Of a stretch of DNA of 62,106 nucleotides, positions 50,737-61,915 are shown in pieces. The position numbers and the translations under genes were made by a program. The notes under the pieces are model-generated. The model was given only the letters and a program-made list of their open reading frames with translations. It searched no databases and was not told the origin of the DNA. How positions within the stretch are numbered: the first letter of the stretch is position 1; the number at the start of each line of letters is the position of its first letter. Location: contig NMRA01000857.1 of the NCBI GenBank assembly GCA_002633005.1, positions 57,066-119,171 of the forward strand, given 5' to 3'. This DNA comes from Phoronis australis. Taxonomy: Eukaryota > Animalia > Phoronida.

Positions 50737-53010
50737 ATGAAAGTGCTGAGGGTACGTACAGATACCTACTGGCTGGAAGGTCGAGAGGGGTGCTTTGTGC
50801 CCAAGGAGAAGGATGCTGCTGCGATTGACCAGTTTAGAACAATATCACTGCTGAGTGTAGAAGAGAAGATGTTCTTTGGGACCCTTGCTAGGAGGTTGAC
50901 ATCCTATCTCTTAGACAACAAGTACATAGACACATCTGTCCAGAAAGGAGGAATTCCTGATTTTTCAGGCTGTGTTGAACATACGAGCGTCTTGAGCCAG
51001 CTGATTAGGGAGGCCAAGTCGAAGAGGAAAGACCTGACGTGTGTGTGGCTGGACTTAGCCAATGCCTACGGTTCCATACCCCACCAGCTGATCAACATAG
51101 CATTAGAGTACTATCATGTCCCGGAGCATATCAGTCGTATGTTAACAGATAATTTTCGAGGTATCCAGTTGATTTTTACTGTAGGCGCCATCACTACAGA
51201 CTGGGTCAAGCTGGAAAGAGGTATAATAACTGGATGTACCATCTCTCCTACTCTGTTCATCATGGGGATGAATTTTCTGATAAAGGCCGGAGAAAGGGAA
51301 TGTAGGGGTCCGAAGCTACAGTCCGGTATCATGGTGCCTGTAATTAGAGCATTTATGGATGACTTGACAGTTACTACGGTGACGCATGTGCAAGCTCGGT
51401 GGGTTTTGGCAGCACTAGATGAAGTAGCAACGTGGGCTCGTATGAAGTTTAAACCCAGGAAGTCGAGACTTCTGATAATGAGAGGTGGGAAAGTAGTCAA
51501 CAGATTTACCTTGACCATTCGAGGCGAAGAAATTCCATCAATTGTTAATAACCCCATCAAGTGCCTAGGTAAATGGTACGATGATCTCCTGTGCGACAAG
51601 AACAACATCAAGCAGATGGAGACCCAGGTGACGGAGTGGTTGAAGAGAATAGAGAAAAGCGGTCTTCCTGGCAAGTACAAGGCATGGATTTACCAGCACG
51701 GGCTGTTACCTCGAGCAACGTGGGGTCTAATGCTGTACGACATCCCGATATCGGCGGTGGAGTGCCTGGAGAGAACTGTAAGCAAGTGGCTGAGGAAGTG
51801 GTTGGGAGTCCCAAGAAGCTTCACACAGGTTGGCCTTTATAGCAGAACAGCAGAGCTTCAGCTGCCTCTAGCATCAATCACGGAGGAGTTTAAAGTAGGA
51901 AAGTGCAGGCTGGTTCTCACATTACGTGACTCTAGAGATCCAAAGGTGAGGGATGCTGGCGTCATGACAAGATCAGGGAGACGGTGGTCAGCAGACACAT
52001 CTGTGAGCCAGGCGGAGAGTTTGTTACAGATCAGAGATATAATTGGAAGCACCTGCGTAGGACGCCAGGGGTTGGGGACATCCCAGTTCCAGCAGTGGGA
52101 AAAAGCGAGTGAGAGGCAGCGGAGGGAGATGGTCCAAGCTGAGGTGAGAGCAGCGGAGGAGGAAGCCCGTAAAGCCAAGGCAGTCCAACTAAGCCAGCAG
52201 GGAGCATGGACCAGGTGGAACCTTCCAGAGAGGAAAATATCGTGGGCAGACGTTTGGAGTATGGAGCCGATGCGTGTCCAGTTTCTACTTCGCTCGGTTT
52301 ACGACGTGTTACCATCGCCTGCAAACCTTCTTCGCTGGGGCCTAGTGGATGACCCAGCCTGCCAGTTGTGCGGAGGAAGAGGTACGTTGGCCCACATCTT
52401 ATCAGGGTGTAAGATGGCACTACAGCAGGGCCGATACAGGTGGCGTCATGACCAAGTACTGAAGACCCTTGCAGACATCATAGATGGAGAGCGTAAGACA
52501 AGAGTAACACAGCCTAGGGCAAGCAGACAGCACATACAATTCGTCAGGGAAGGTGAGATACGGAAGAAGTCACGTCAGCAGCCTTGCATCCTGGATGGAG
52601 TAAGCTGGGAAATGAGAGTAGATCTGGGAAGAAAGCTTGTGTTCCCGAGTATTGTGGAAACATCACTTCGGCCTGACATCATTCTGTGGTCGGACATTCA
52701 TCAATGTATAGTGATTATAGAGCTTACGGTGCCTTGGGAGGAAGGATGCGAAGAGGCCCATGAGAGGAAATTATCTAAGTATAGCGAGCTGGCGGAGACA
52801 TGTAGAGCTCGGGGCTGGCGAACTTGGTTGTTTCCTGTAGAGGTGGGATGTAGAGGATTCCCTGCAAGATCTGTATGGTGGTTGCTGGAGAAGATTGGTG
52901 TGCGAGGGGGAAGGAAGAAAGCTGCAGTGAGAAGACTGGGCGAGACAGCTGAGAGGACATCTTGTTGGCTGTGGTACCGTCGGAATGAAGGAAGTTGGAG
53001 GCCTCAGTGA
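50737..53010 (+). CDS. Reverse transcriptase-restriction-like endonuclease ORF (757 aa) of a 5'-truncated HERO-type non-LTR retrotransposon
   Basis: RT motifs QFRTISLL, WLDLANAYGS, GIITGCTISP and FMDD; CCHC knuckle CQLCGGRGTLAHILSGC; RLE motifs RHDQVL, RPDIIL, ELTVPWEE, ERKLSKY and VEVGCRG. The first ~17 codons are flank-derived or out of the native frame. Confidence 0.92.
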   Translation: MKVLRVRTDTYWLEGREGCFVPKEKDAAAIDQFRTISLLSVEEKMFFGTLARRLTSYLLDNKYIDTSVQKGGIPDFSGCVEHTSVLSQLIREAKSKRKDLTCVWLDLANAYGSIPHQLINIALEYYHVPEHISRMLTDNFRGIQLIFTVGAITTDWVKLERGIITGCTISPTLFIMGMNFLIKAGERECRGPKLQSGIMVPVIRAFMDDLTVTTVTHVQARWVLAALDEVATWARMKFKPRKSRLLIMRGGKVVNRFTLTIRGEEIPSIVNNPIKCLGKWYDDLLCDKNNIKQMETQVTEWLKRIEKSGLPGKYKAWIYQHGLLPRATWGLMLYDIPISAVECLERTVSKWLRKWLGVPRSFTQVGLYSRTAELQLPLASITEEFKVGKCRLVLTLRDSRDPKVRDAGVMTRSGRRWSADTSVSQAESLLQIRDIIGSTCVGRQGLGTSQFQQWEKASERQRREMVQAEVRAAEEEARKAKAVQLSQQGAWTRWNLPERKISWADVWSMEPMRVQFLLRSVYDVLPSPANLLRWGLVDDPACQLCGGRGTLAHILSGCKMALQQGRYRWRHDQVLKTLADIIDGERKTRVTQPRASRQHIQFVREGEIRKKSRQQPCILDGVSWEMRVDLGRKLVFPSIVETSLRPDIILWSDIHQCIVIIELTVPWEEGCEEAHERKLSKYSELAETCRARGWRTWLFPVEVGCRGFPARSVWWLLEKIGVRGGRKKAAVRRLGETAERTSCWLWYRRNEGSWRPQ

Positions 53011-53133
53011 TGCACAGTGGGTTGGCCGCCACTGTGGACCCACCAGTGGAGACCGTTATGATTTAGGGTCGAAACGGGTCGAGGAAGCTGGATGCCATCT
53101 GACGATATCAAGCAACGCCTCGAACTAGTTAGT
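50757..53133 (+). mobile_element. HERO-clade RLE non-LTR retrotransposon, 5'-truncated, with 3' UTR; possible TSD GTACG
   Basis: Homology starts at QIPTGWKV(A)EGCFVPKE, read across a 1-nt frameshift at ~50783. ~120-nt structured 3' UTR without poly(A). gtacg occurs at both junctions (~50752 and ~53134). Confidence 0.85.
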
Positions 53134-53670
53134 GTACGGCGGGTAGAAGAGAATCCTGGTTTAACTGTTACGAAGAAGGGGCGACAAGACGTCAGACTAC
53201 ATAGAAGCCTGACAACTATTGAGGCAGATAATAGCACTGTAAGTACACACATCGACAGAACTGCTCAGTCTATGCCTGGCGGAGATTCTATGCGAGTAAC
53301 AGCACTGTAGCCTTTGACTTCGGATAAATAGTAAACAAATTTCCATACTGCTGTGCTGTTCTAAGGTGGTTCTGCTAAATCGGTATATATTTCATATTTA
53401 AAGTTTCCGAGAATGAAGATAAGGTATTTTGCTAGACGTAGGTGAAATATTGTAAAAACAGCCAATTTTTGTAAATAAGGTTGGAGATATCTTTAAAACG
53501 TATTTAGAGACTGTGTATAATTTCTAAAATCTGACCCGGGGTCATCTGTGAAGTTATATTCGGCAATGCACTCTCTATACTCTGGTCTCATTTTTCATAG
53601 ATTTGTGTTCGTGAGTTCCCGGCGAACGAAAATTTTCAACTGAATGCAAACGTTTGCAAAATCACGGTTA

Positions 53671-54214
53671 CTGGGCTGATTTAAAAATACTGTTTTCGCT
53701 CATTTTTTCAAATATTGCCACATTTACATAAAACGCATATCAGCAATAGTAGAAGGCGTTAGATAGTATAGCAGCAATGACGTCGCATTTTCACGCGTCA
53801 TGTTGTTATTGTTGAACAATGCACCTGACGTCATGCAACAATCACTTATCCTGACTTTATTTCTGTTTTTGTTGACAAAGGAAGTTATTACATCCGAAAA
53901 TTTCAAATTTCAGTTGATCCATTCTTGTTGTTTTATTTACCGATTTATATTCTTCATTTCATGAAACAATGGTATCCTTGGGAGGATCTGGATCGCCTTA
54001 TTTAGTTTCAGATATATTTTCTACGTTATTTATCCTGCGGATAATTTTGAAGTTTTCTGCAACCCAGCCCAGTAGCATAAAAGTTATGTCTTACAGCAAC
54101 AATGACGTCAGATTATCTCGTGTCACGTTGCTATTGTTGAACAATGCACCGGACGTCATGCAACAATGAAACTTATCCAGCGGATAACTTTTACAGCTTT
54201 ATGCAACTCAGCCC
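53671..54214. mobile_element. Harbinger-like MITE with internal ~85-bp duplication containing CRE motifs
   Basis: Ends ctgggctg... / ...tgcaactcagccca. 53770-53851 and 54093-54178 are diverged copies, each with TGACGTCA-like sites. Confidence 0.4.
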
Positions 54215-56319
54215 AGATGGCGTCTGCATATGAATCTGAAGTCAAGCAATTACATTATACACTGTATCCTCGTTCGTAACTCGATAAATATTTAAATTCT
54301 TATCTGCAGTCAACGGCTTGAACTGAAATCGCCGGGACGTGGTAAAACCGTCACACCCGAAACGTTGCAAAGGGTTTTCGTATTCTATCCTTATCTCAGT
54401 CGTTTAAAGAGGATGTTCACAGCATGCTGTCCAAATAACATGCACAGTCATTAATTTCTTCTTCGTGAATTACATATTAATTAACCATCGTTTCAGATTT
54501 TAGGGTAACTTTTAAACAGCGTTTTGTGTACCTAATTAGATCTGGAATTGGGCTAACAGTTTTTCCTTAGTTCATCTTAACCATGCCAAAGTCAAATACG
54601 TAGTCGGTCGAACACGTTGCAAGCCGCGGAGGTCATGAGAATGGGCACATCAATTTGTATATCGTTCACTTACCTGTCCCTTAGCCACCTTGAAAACGTC
54701 ATAGAACAAGCAACAAAAGAGTCATACACACAAACAAATTTCTCCTCGACCACTGAGTCCGTAGATATGTTTCACGATACACTTTCATTCATGATTGGTG
54801 CCATTCCTTGAAACTTAGCTATTCCGTTCAGTCACAAAAACGGCTTTCAAGAGAAATTCGTCACCCGAGGCTGACCGACATGTGGTTTTTCTAGCGGTGC
54901 ATCCGTAACATTTAGTACTCAGTGGTATGACGGAGTTATTGTAATAATACAATTTAATATTTTCACGATTCCATGAAGAACTATTCAGGTGAAAACAAAA
55001 ATGGCGGTGGCTTATTCGAAAGATCTTCAGGTTTGATTTGTTCATGACTTGGAAACACATAATTCGCGAGCACAAATCAACATGGCGAGTGGATAAATGT
55101 GTGTGAAGTTCCATTTGTTTCCCATTTCAGGTAATTAAGTTTCATGAACCACTGGGACGAGTAAACGACATAAAACATGGGGCTTCGTCATGTTCAGATA
55201 CAACGCATGTCTGAAGTATTAGAAGTTATATTGGAGTACCTAAGGTAACTAAAGATAAGTGCTGTGAATTAGAAAATTGTAAACATGAGCAAAATAATTC
55301 TAAAACGTAAAGAACTTTATAAAAATGCCATTTTGTTTGCCAAAATATCCGATATAAGCACCAAACGTTTTAAGATCCAGAAAGAATTTTAAATGAGAAT
55401 GTTTTACGGCAACGTAATAAACTCGATCGTTTTAATCGTGAAGACATGTCTGTGTTTGTCTTAAAAGAGCTCGTTTTTGCGTCTGTTGGTTTTAGAGATT
55501 CTCGACACTTTAGTTTATTTCTCAGAATACAAACAATTACCCATGAAAAAACAATTAAAATTTATTAATTAGCATATTGATTGTATTACAAATCTCCAGA
55601 TTGCGCCGCTGTCTGTCAGACATTCACTGAAATCAACGCAGGTGACTTAAAAATTAACCGGATATTTACGCTTAAAATTATTTGCCGTTCATCGAGTGCG
55701 ATTTAGCTCCGCAGTAAAGTGTTTGACAGCGACCGCGACGGTTTGAATCTGCGCTGGAGCTGATCTCAGAAAATCCTTTGCCTCGCCGAGAGTGTCATTT
55801 TAGTTTGGTTTGTCCCAGCCAACAAAGGGTTCGTCTTGTCCATTGAAACTGGTTATCGTCGAGGTTGTTTTCATGAATTATTAGTCACAGTGGAAATTTT
55901 AGCTAGTTATTTGGAATAGCTACTAAGATGTGAATGATGAATATTCTGACTTCCGGTTTCGCTCGATACTATGTTCCACTATTTCTTACAGAGTTCAGAG
56001 TTCACACCTTCAGAATAAAAGTACCGGACGTTTTGTAGACGAGGCATTTGTACTTTCGATCGAGTCGTAGCATACCGGGAGGTCGTCATCTCAGAATAAG
56101 GGAATTAACAAGTGTACAACATGGGTGCAAGTAAGTGGAGACAAATATGTGTGGCGCACTTTGAATGAATTGACGTTATTTATACTTTAAGTGCGACTGC
56201 TGTGCCACGTTGACTTACCTTCGCAGCGGTGCCTCAGTCGATCTCAAAATACATAGCTATTTACACACCGAAAAATGTCGCACAGAAGAACACTCAAGTA
56301 AAGTTTGAATAAAGACAAC

Positions 56320-56481
56320 TTTTCTAAAATGTAACGACATATTTTGGAGGTAAAACATCCACCATGCCAAGCTTTATTCAGAAGTGCATCCCGGAGGTAT
56401 CCGTAAACATCCTGACATCCATTCTCTGCGGAATAAAGTTTGACAATGGTGGATGTTTTACCGCCGCTACATTTTAGAAAA
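56320..56481. repeat. Inverted repeat / small MITE hairpin
   Basis: ttttctaaaatgta...ggtaaaacatccaccatgccaagctttattc pairs with gaataaagtttgacaatggtggatgttttacc...tacattttagaaaa. Confidence 0.7.
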
Positions 56482-57678
56482 GCCTATTTACGTACAGGTT
56501 ACGTGTCATGTGCAAGTAACTAGAGGGTGGTTGAACTTGTCAGTGGACAATGAAAATCTACTCTGAAATTAGTGTTACAACAGCTGATCTGCCTGGCACA
56601 GATCAGTCTGGGCCAATTTTTCAACAGTGGTACGCCGCGTTCTGTCGAAGGCCAGATGAGTGTGTTGGCGTTTATGTTAATTCCGTAGCCATCATTGTCA
56701 TCAAGGTAAAAAATACCAACTTCAACGTGGATCTAAAACTCCAGTTTGTCACCGAGCTCTTGGTCACAGAAGAGAACTGGGCATTCCCCTGAACTGTAGT
56801 GCAGTGCTTAGGCTGAACATCTGTTTATAGAAGCTTAACGCACGGTACAGTGTAAACTGCGCAGGACGTCGGTGATTTTATGCCCCCTCCACCACCATAG
56901 ACATGTCCTTTTTGCAACTACCCATTGTACCTCCAATGTTTTTTTTGCTTTGGGTGGGTCGATAGGTTATTGTTCCTTCGATTGGCGGTTGTTCTTTAGG
57001 CCGTGTCGACATCACTCAGATCTATATCCAGTTTCCTTCCACGATTTCTGCTCAAGCACCGACAACGGGCCAACAGTGATAGCCAATCTCTACATGTCGA
57101 AGGACAACCTCGAAGCTAGTTATTCTCTTCTGTAACACTCTTAGCATGATGCTTTCTGTGCTTTCCTCAGTTTCTTTCCCCGGGCGCCGATAGTCTGGAA
57201 CATTCTTCAGACGATAGAAAAACCTCTACACCCAAATTCTACAGGAAAAGCACATTCGCCAGCTGTCACCTCTACACGGCTCCATTGCACTTGTCTTTCT
57301 TCCTCTCGCATGATTCTTCACAGTTTTCTTCCTCAATCCTATAACGGACTTCTGGTTCATATGCCGTATCACGGAGTCTGGACGCTGAACCGGTACCACC
57401 ACACCTGGGAAGACACGTTCCCGCAGCATTCGGCTCTTATTTCACGATCGACCTCACTCAGCATAGAAGGATCCTGTACAGAACTGAGTTTACGCTTGTC
57501 TCTTAGCTGACAGATGAATTATGTTCCTCTGGACTTCCTTGGCTGCTCTGGTCTTTTCTCCTTCTCGTCGTCTAACACGTCAGTTAAGGATTTTAACGGC
57601 TGGGCCCGGGGTCTCATGTTTTTACTCGAAATTATTTTTTGAGGTTTTTTATTCTACTTTTTCGCGAACTCACAATAC

Positions 57679-58556
57679 ATATAGATTATTACATGGCGAA
57701 GTCGTTATCCCCCGTTATCTAGAGCCCGAGTGGATTTTGGAGAATTATCGCCCGAGGGGCGTCAGCCCCGAGGGTGATAATTCTACAAAATCCACGAGGG
57801 CTCTAGATAAGGGGGATAACGACTGAGAACATGACTGTAATAATCTATTTATACCACATACTAAACGAGAAACATTGCAATGAATCGATCTACCTTTCTC
57901 GACTCGCCTCGGCTTTGTAACTACTTTCTATGTCAGAGGCCCGGGGTCGGAGGTCGTGACCTTTTAAGAAAAGCCGAGCTATTTTTGTCAAATAATGCTT
58001 ATACTCAAAAACAATTGGAAATTAAAACAAAATAGAAATGAAGGGAATCTCTAAATTAAGGTTAAGCAACTATTAGAGCTTAAAACACGTTTTTTACACG
58101 CTAAGCTTCGACCGGGAAATTATCGTCTGCTAAAGTAGGTTACCACTGGTAACTGAATATAATTCTCAAGACAAAGATCCTGACGACACGATACCCGCAT
58201 TCAAACTGGAGATCGGTGATTTACAAGTAAGAGGACATGAGAGAAAAATTTCACTGAATTAAGATATCATTTTTATGGCAATTATGTGTCTTATGTTTCG
58301 TAGCGTATAAGTACAGTACAATGCGGTTTGTTGAACGGGCGATTATTGCGCGTGCTCATTTAAGTATTCTATTTTCACTCTTGATGACGTCAGTCGCTGC
58401 GTGGTGTAGTGGTTAAAGTCGGTGATCAGCAATACCAAGGTCCCGGGTTCGACTCCGTCCTCGGTTTCCCGCCAAATCGTTATCTCACTAGTGAGATAAC
58501 TTTATGGGTTATTACACGGTTTTATCTGCCATTTGACGCTAATATTGTGATATAAT
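57679..58556. mobile_element. Non-autonomous Crypton-like element with a 168-bp terminal palindrome and a 22-bp perfect palindrome
   Basis: Hairpin 57681-57848 centred on cccgaggggc-gtca-gccccgaggg; GTTATCTCACTAGTGAGATAAC at 58479-58500; ends ...gtgatataat. Family assignment is by resemblance to Crypton non-autonomous elements. Confidence 0.55.
58396..58465 (+). pseudogene. tRNA-derived sequence (SINE-head-like) with intact Pol III A and B boxes
   Basis: A box TGGTGTAGTGG (58402-58412) and B box GGTTCGACTCC (58446-58456) at tRNA spacing. Acceptor and anticodon stems are mispaired, so this is not a functional tRNA. Confidence 0.6.
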
Positions 58557-60188
58557 TGTCTATTATTCTGTACTTGAGTACATTATGGTTTATCCATATG
58601 AGTTTTTAGTTCAAGTTTGGGTTTGATGACCCCTAGATTCGAGCTACAAACTCGAGTTAAAACTCGATATTTCGAGTAAAAATTCGAGATTTCATGTTTT
58701 AGCTCGACCTTTTAGCATAAATGCTGGGGTCATCAAGCACAAACTAGGATTAGAGAGTTGTTCATGCAAGCCATCATGTTCTTGAACATGAAATAAATAA
58801 GAAGCTTATCTTGAGTTGTCGCAGCTAGAAATTGAATAGAAATTGGCAATTAAAATTTCGACTTCGAATAAAAGGATTACATCTCGGGCCCTGGTCAAAT
58901 CTCTGCTCTAGAGAGCAACCTTGCAGTCTGGTAAGGCATGAGCAGGTGGTCACTTTGGATACCCTCACCAGTAGAGGTTCACCAGTGGTGATGGTAAAAC
59001 ATGAACATATATTGACATGATAGGAATCTGAAGAATGGTGTCTGCTGGAGAGCAACCTTGTAGTATGAACAGGTGTACCCTTGCCACCACACAGTTGACA
59101 CTGAATCTGAAGAGTTGTGGCGCCAAAATACACCTTGCAGGTAGGCACCACCTTGTCCAAGCACTCTGTCGTCCAAACTCCACACCTGGCTTGACGCACT
59201 GCTTCTTCAGATCGACTCACTTGTTCCTGTACCATCCTTTTCGATCCTTCTCCCGGGCTTTTCGCCACTATCATAACTCTGAAGCCCACAGGCCTTGCCT
59301 GTCAACCTCTGAACTTGCTGACCACTGTTACATTTTAATCGAGTCAATACACCAGCCTGTTAAACCTTGGGATCCTTGGAATCATGCAGAGTCATTGCCG
59401 ATCTTCACTTCAACCAGGGACGACAATGGCAGCTGGAGCTCTGAAGATGACTGAACAGTCCCACTTGTGAAATACTGTCGTTGCAGTGCACTTCTCACTT
59501 TCCGCTGCATCGAATCAATTGCTGTTGCAGCCAACAACAACCTCCAAAGTATACGCGGGAGGCGCCCATGGGTTAGCAGGCTGCATTCACGCCTCGAATT
59601 TCCCTGGCTAGGGAGACGCCCATGGGTTAGCAGGCTGCATTCATGCCTCGAATTTCCCTGGCTTGTCTTTGTTGTAGGATCTTCCTATTCAACTTGCTCG
59701 TCTGCTGAACGATGTCTTCGACGTTACTCAACAACCTACTTTCAAAAGCAGCTCCGTTGACCTTTCTATACATATGTACAGATTAGCCAGCGTATTTACT
59801 TGGGTTGGTTAAAATTGCTGAGCAAACCGCATATCACTAATCGGTGTATGACATGCGATTTGACTCGTACATTGTAGATATTAAGCTGATGGCGAGTAAC
59901 CTAAAGAATCAAGACAGTTGTTTTCCCTTTTTTAATGAACTAGCCTATTCAAATCCATGATAATATCGTGCCCGGTGTGTAGACCCTGAGGTACCAAATA
60001 TTGCGTCAGGGCCATTTTGCGTTATGGTTACTTATTGTGTATCGTTCCATCATGTATGCAAAGTAACTTGTTGATAACAGGGAAGGGATTCATTTAAGAA
60101 TGGTGGTTTATCGTGACGTCAACTTCCGGTCTCCGGAGGGCCAACAGATCGCAGTTCAACTGACTGATGTCGTCGAAAACATAAACTT

Positions 60189-61915
60189 TTTTTACTTTGC
60201 AAGTTTTATTTTGTTCTAGCATGATAACTACATTCATATAGAACAATACAGTATACAGAATAACATTAAATTACTAGTCAACAATTACTGTGTTTTCATC
60301 AGGATGTACTTAATAAAGTTTACGAACATTTGGAAATTGAGATTTTTTCAAAACAAACTTTTGGCGAAATATGTAATTTTTGCTAGTAAGATCAACAGAT
60401 TAATGTTACAATTTTCCGACTTAGTGTTTCCCAAAACACCAAAAACACTTTTATTTTGTCCACATGAAAATTTACATATGTTTGTTTTAACCATTCAGCA
60501 CTTGAAACAGGAGCCAGAAACCAGAGACAAGGCGACATTCCCAAAACAGATGGAGAAAAGTTTCACTGCGTTCACCACAGAAAGAGCATAAATCACTTGT
60601 TTTTATTTTAATTTTGTGCAAATGATTATTAGTTGGCAATATTCTGATAATTAAGCCGTATTGAAACCAACGCAATTTTGTATCTTTTGTACAACTGAAG
60701 GGGAGTTCATTGACTTTTCTACACCATGTATCAGGGTCGCTAAAATTTACATTATTTATAACAACGTTTATATCTATCTCAGATAACCACTTATTTTTAT
60801 ATTTACAAGCTTTCTGAAGTGTCTGTACTAAGGTGTCATAAATATTTACAGCTTGTGATTTATTATTCAAAATTTTATAAATATAACTTGGAAAATTTGG
60901 TAAAAAGATATTGTCTTGTCTACGCTGCAAACGTTGCACTTCTTAATCCATAAAATTCTAGTATTGGAGGTTGAAAGTTATACGTGATACAGAGTTCTTC
61001 CTATGACATAAAAGAACATTCAGCATTAAATAAATCACACACACGATAGACTCCCCTTTCATACCAGGTCTTGTAGAAAATAGATTTTGTATCGACTTTA
61101 ATCTTTGAATTACACCACTGGGGAGAGTAAATAATATTTTTATTTTTGTCACACATTTGACACAGGAGCACAACATCGCTTAAAACTCCCTTCCTGAACA
61201 GATTGTGGGTTCCTTCAGCTATTTTTTAAGGAAAGCGTCTCCCATTTTAAAAAAGTTATCAACTAAAACCCAAAACTGCCTCTGCAAGGTCACGCATGGT
61301 ATTTGAGGTGAATATTTTACGAAACCGCGATATTTTCAAAGACTTAATAAAAAACAAACATGAGCCATTTTTCAACCACCATTATCCTGATTTTGTACAA
61401 TTGCATTTCGGCTTACTTTGCCCTTCCCATTCCAAATGAAGCCAAAAACTCGCTCTAATTCTGGAATCATGTCAATGGAGGGGCTAGGGAGGGATTGAAG
61501 CAAATGAACAATCTTGGGCAATAAAAGTGTCTTAACCACCGTTATTTTACCGAAAATAGTAAGAATTCTTCTTGACCAAGAGCCCACCATTTTCTTAATT
61601 TCCAAAAGCCTGCCACTATAGCTAATATCTGGCATTGTATTGTAATCGGTGGAGAAGTTAATTCCCAAAAACATGAAAGGTTTGTTAGTCCTCAACAGGT
61701 TTTCATTGACACAAAGTTTATAGTCAAAGTCATTTTTGAACTAATCCAATTACATCTTGTTTTCTCGATACTTGGCTTCAAGCCAGAAAATTTCGCAAAT
61801 TGGTCAATTAAATTCAAAGATGATCTAAGAGATAATTCAGACCCTCCAAAATTAAACAAGTGTCGTAGGCGTATTGGATCAGTTTAAACTCAGAAACACC
61901 TATCCTGGCCCCAGG
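60189..61915 (-). mobile_element. 5'-truncated, degenerate L1/Tx1 LINE (ORF2 C-terminal part) with poly(A) remnant and 12-bp TSD
   Basis: Minus-strand remnants IQYAYDT (YADD site), FLGINF...WSRRILTIFGKITVVKTLLLPK...FIWNGK and KLRWFQY..IIRILPTN...CSFCGERSETFLHLFWEC. AATAAA and A-run at ~60187-60213; aaacataaactt at 60177-60188 and 61916-61927. Confidence 0.85.

Larger units (their letters stand above)
57600..58893. mobile_element. TIR element (C[A/T]GGGCCCG ends, TCGA-rich repeats) inserted in the old HERO
   Basis: ctgggcccgg...tttttactcgaaat at left and ttcgaataaaagg...cgggccctg at right; internal hairpin at 58614-58745. Confidence 0.5.
57005..59750 (-). mobile_element. Older, degenerate HERO-type retrotransposon, interrupted by nested insertions (57600-58893)
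   Basis: Minus-strand remnants PGKFEA, GRQGL...MVQEQV, CQLCGGKGT...CKVAL, then after the insert LKSLTDVLDDE, RVFPGVV..QRPDSVI, EEENCEESCERKKDK and FPVEFGCRGF. The 3' UTR is similar to 53011-53110. Internal deletions and a 54-bp tandem duplication at 59557-59663. Confidence 0.8.

Noticed and set aside
51114-53043. Several antisense and alternate-frame ORFs over the HERO ORF
   Set aside because: Shadow ORFs of a GC-richer coding sequence.
53066-53109. Canonical hammerhead ribozyme
   Set aside because: The core words are present, but stem II (needs a G-C closing pair) and stem I do not form. Kept only as an unexplained structured RNA.
58396-58465. Functional tRNA gene
   Set aside because: The acceptor stem has mismatches, the anticodon loop is 8 nt and the T-stem is imperfect.
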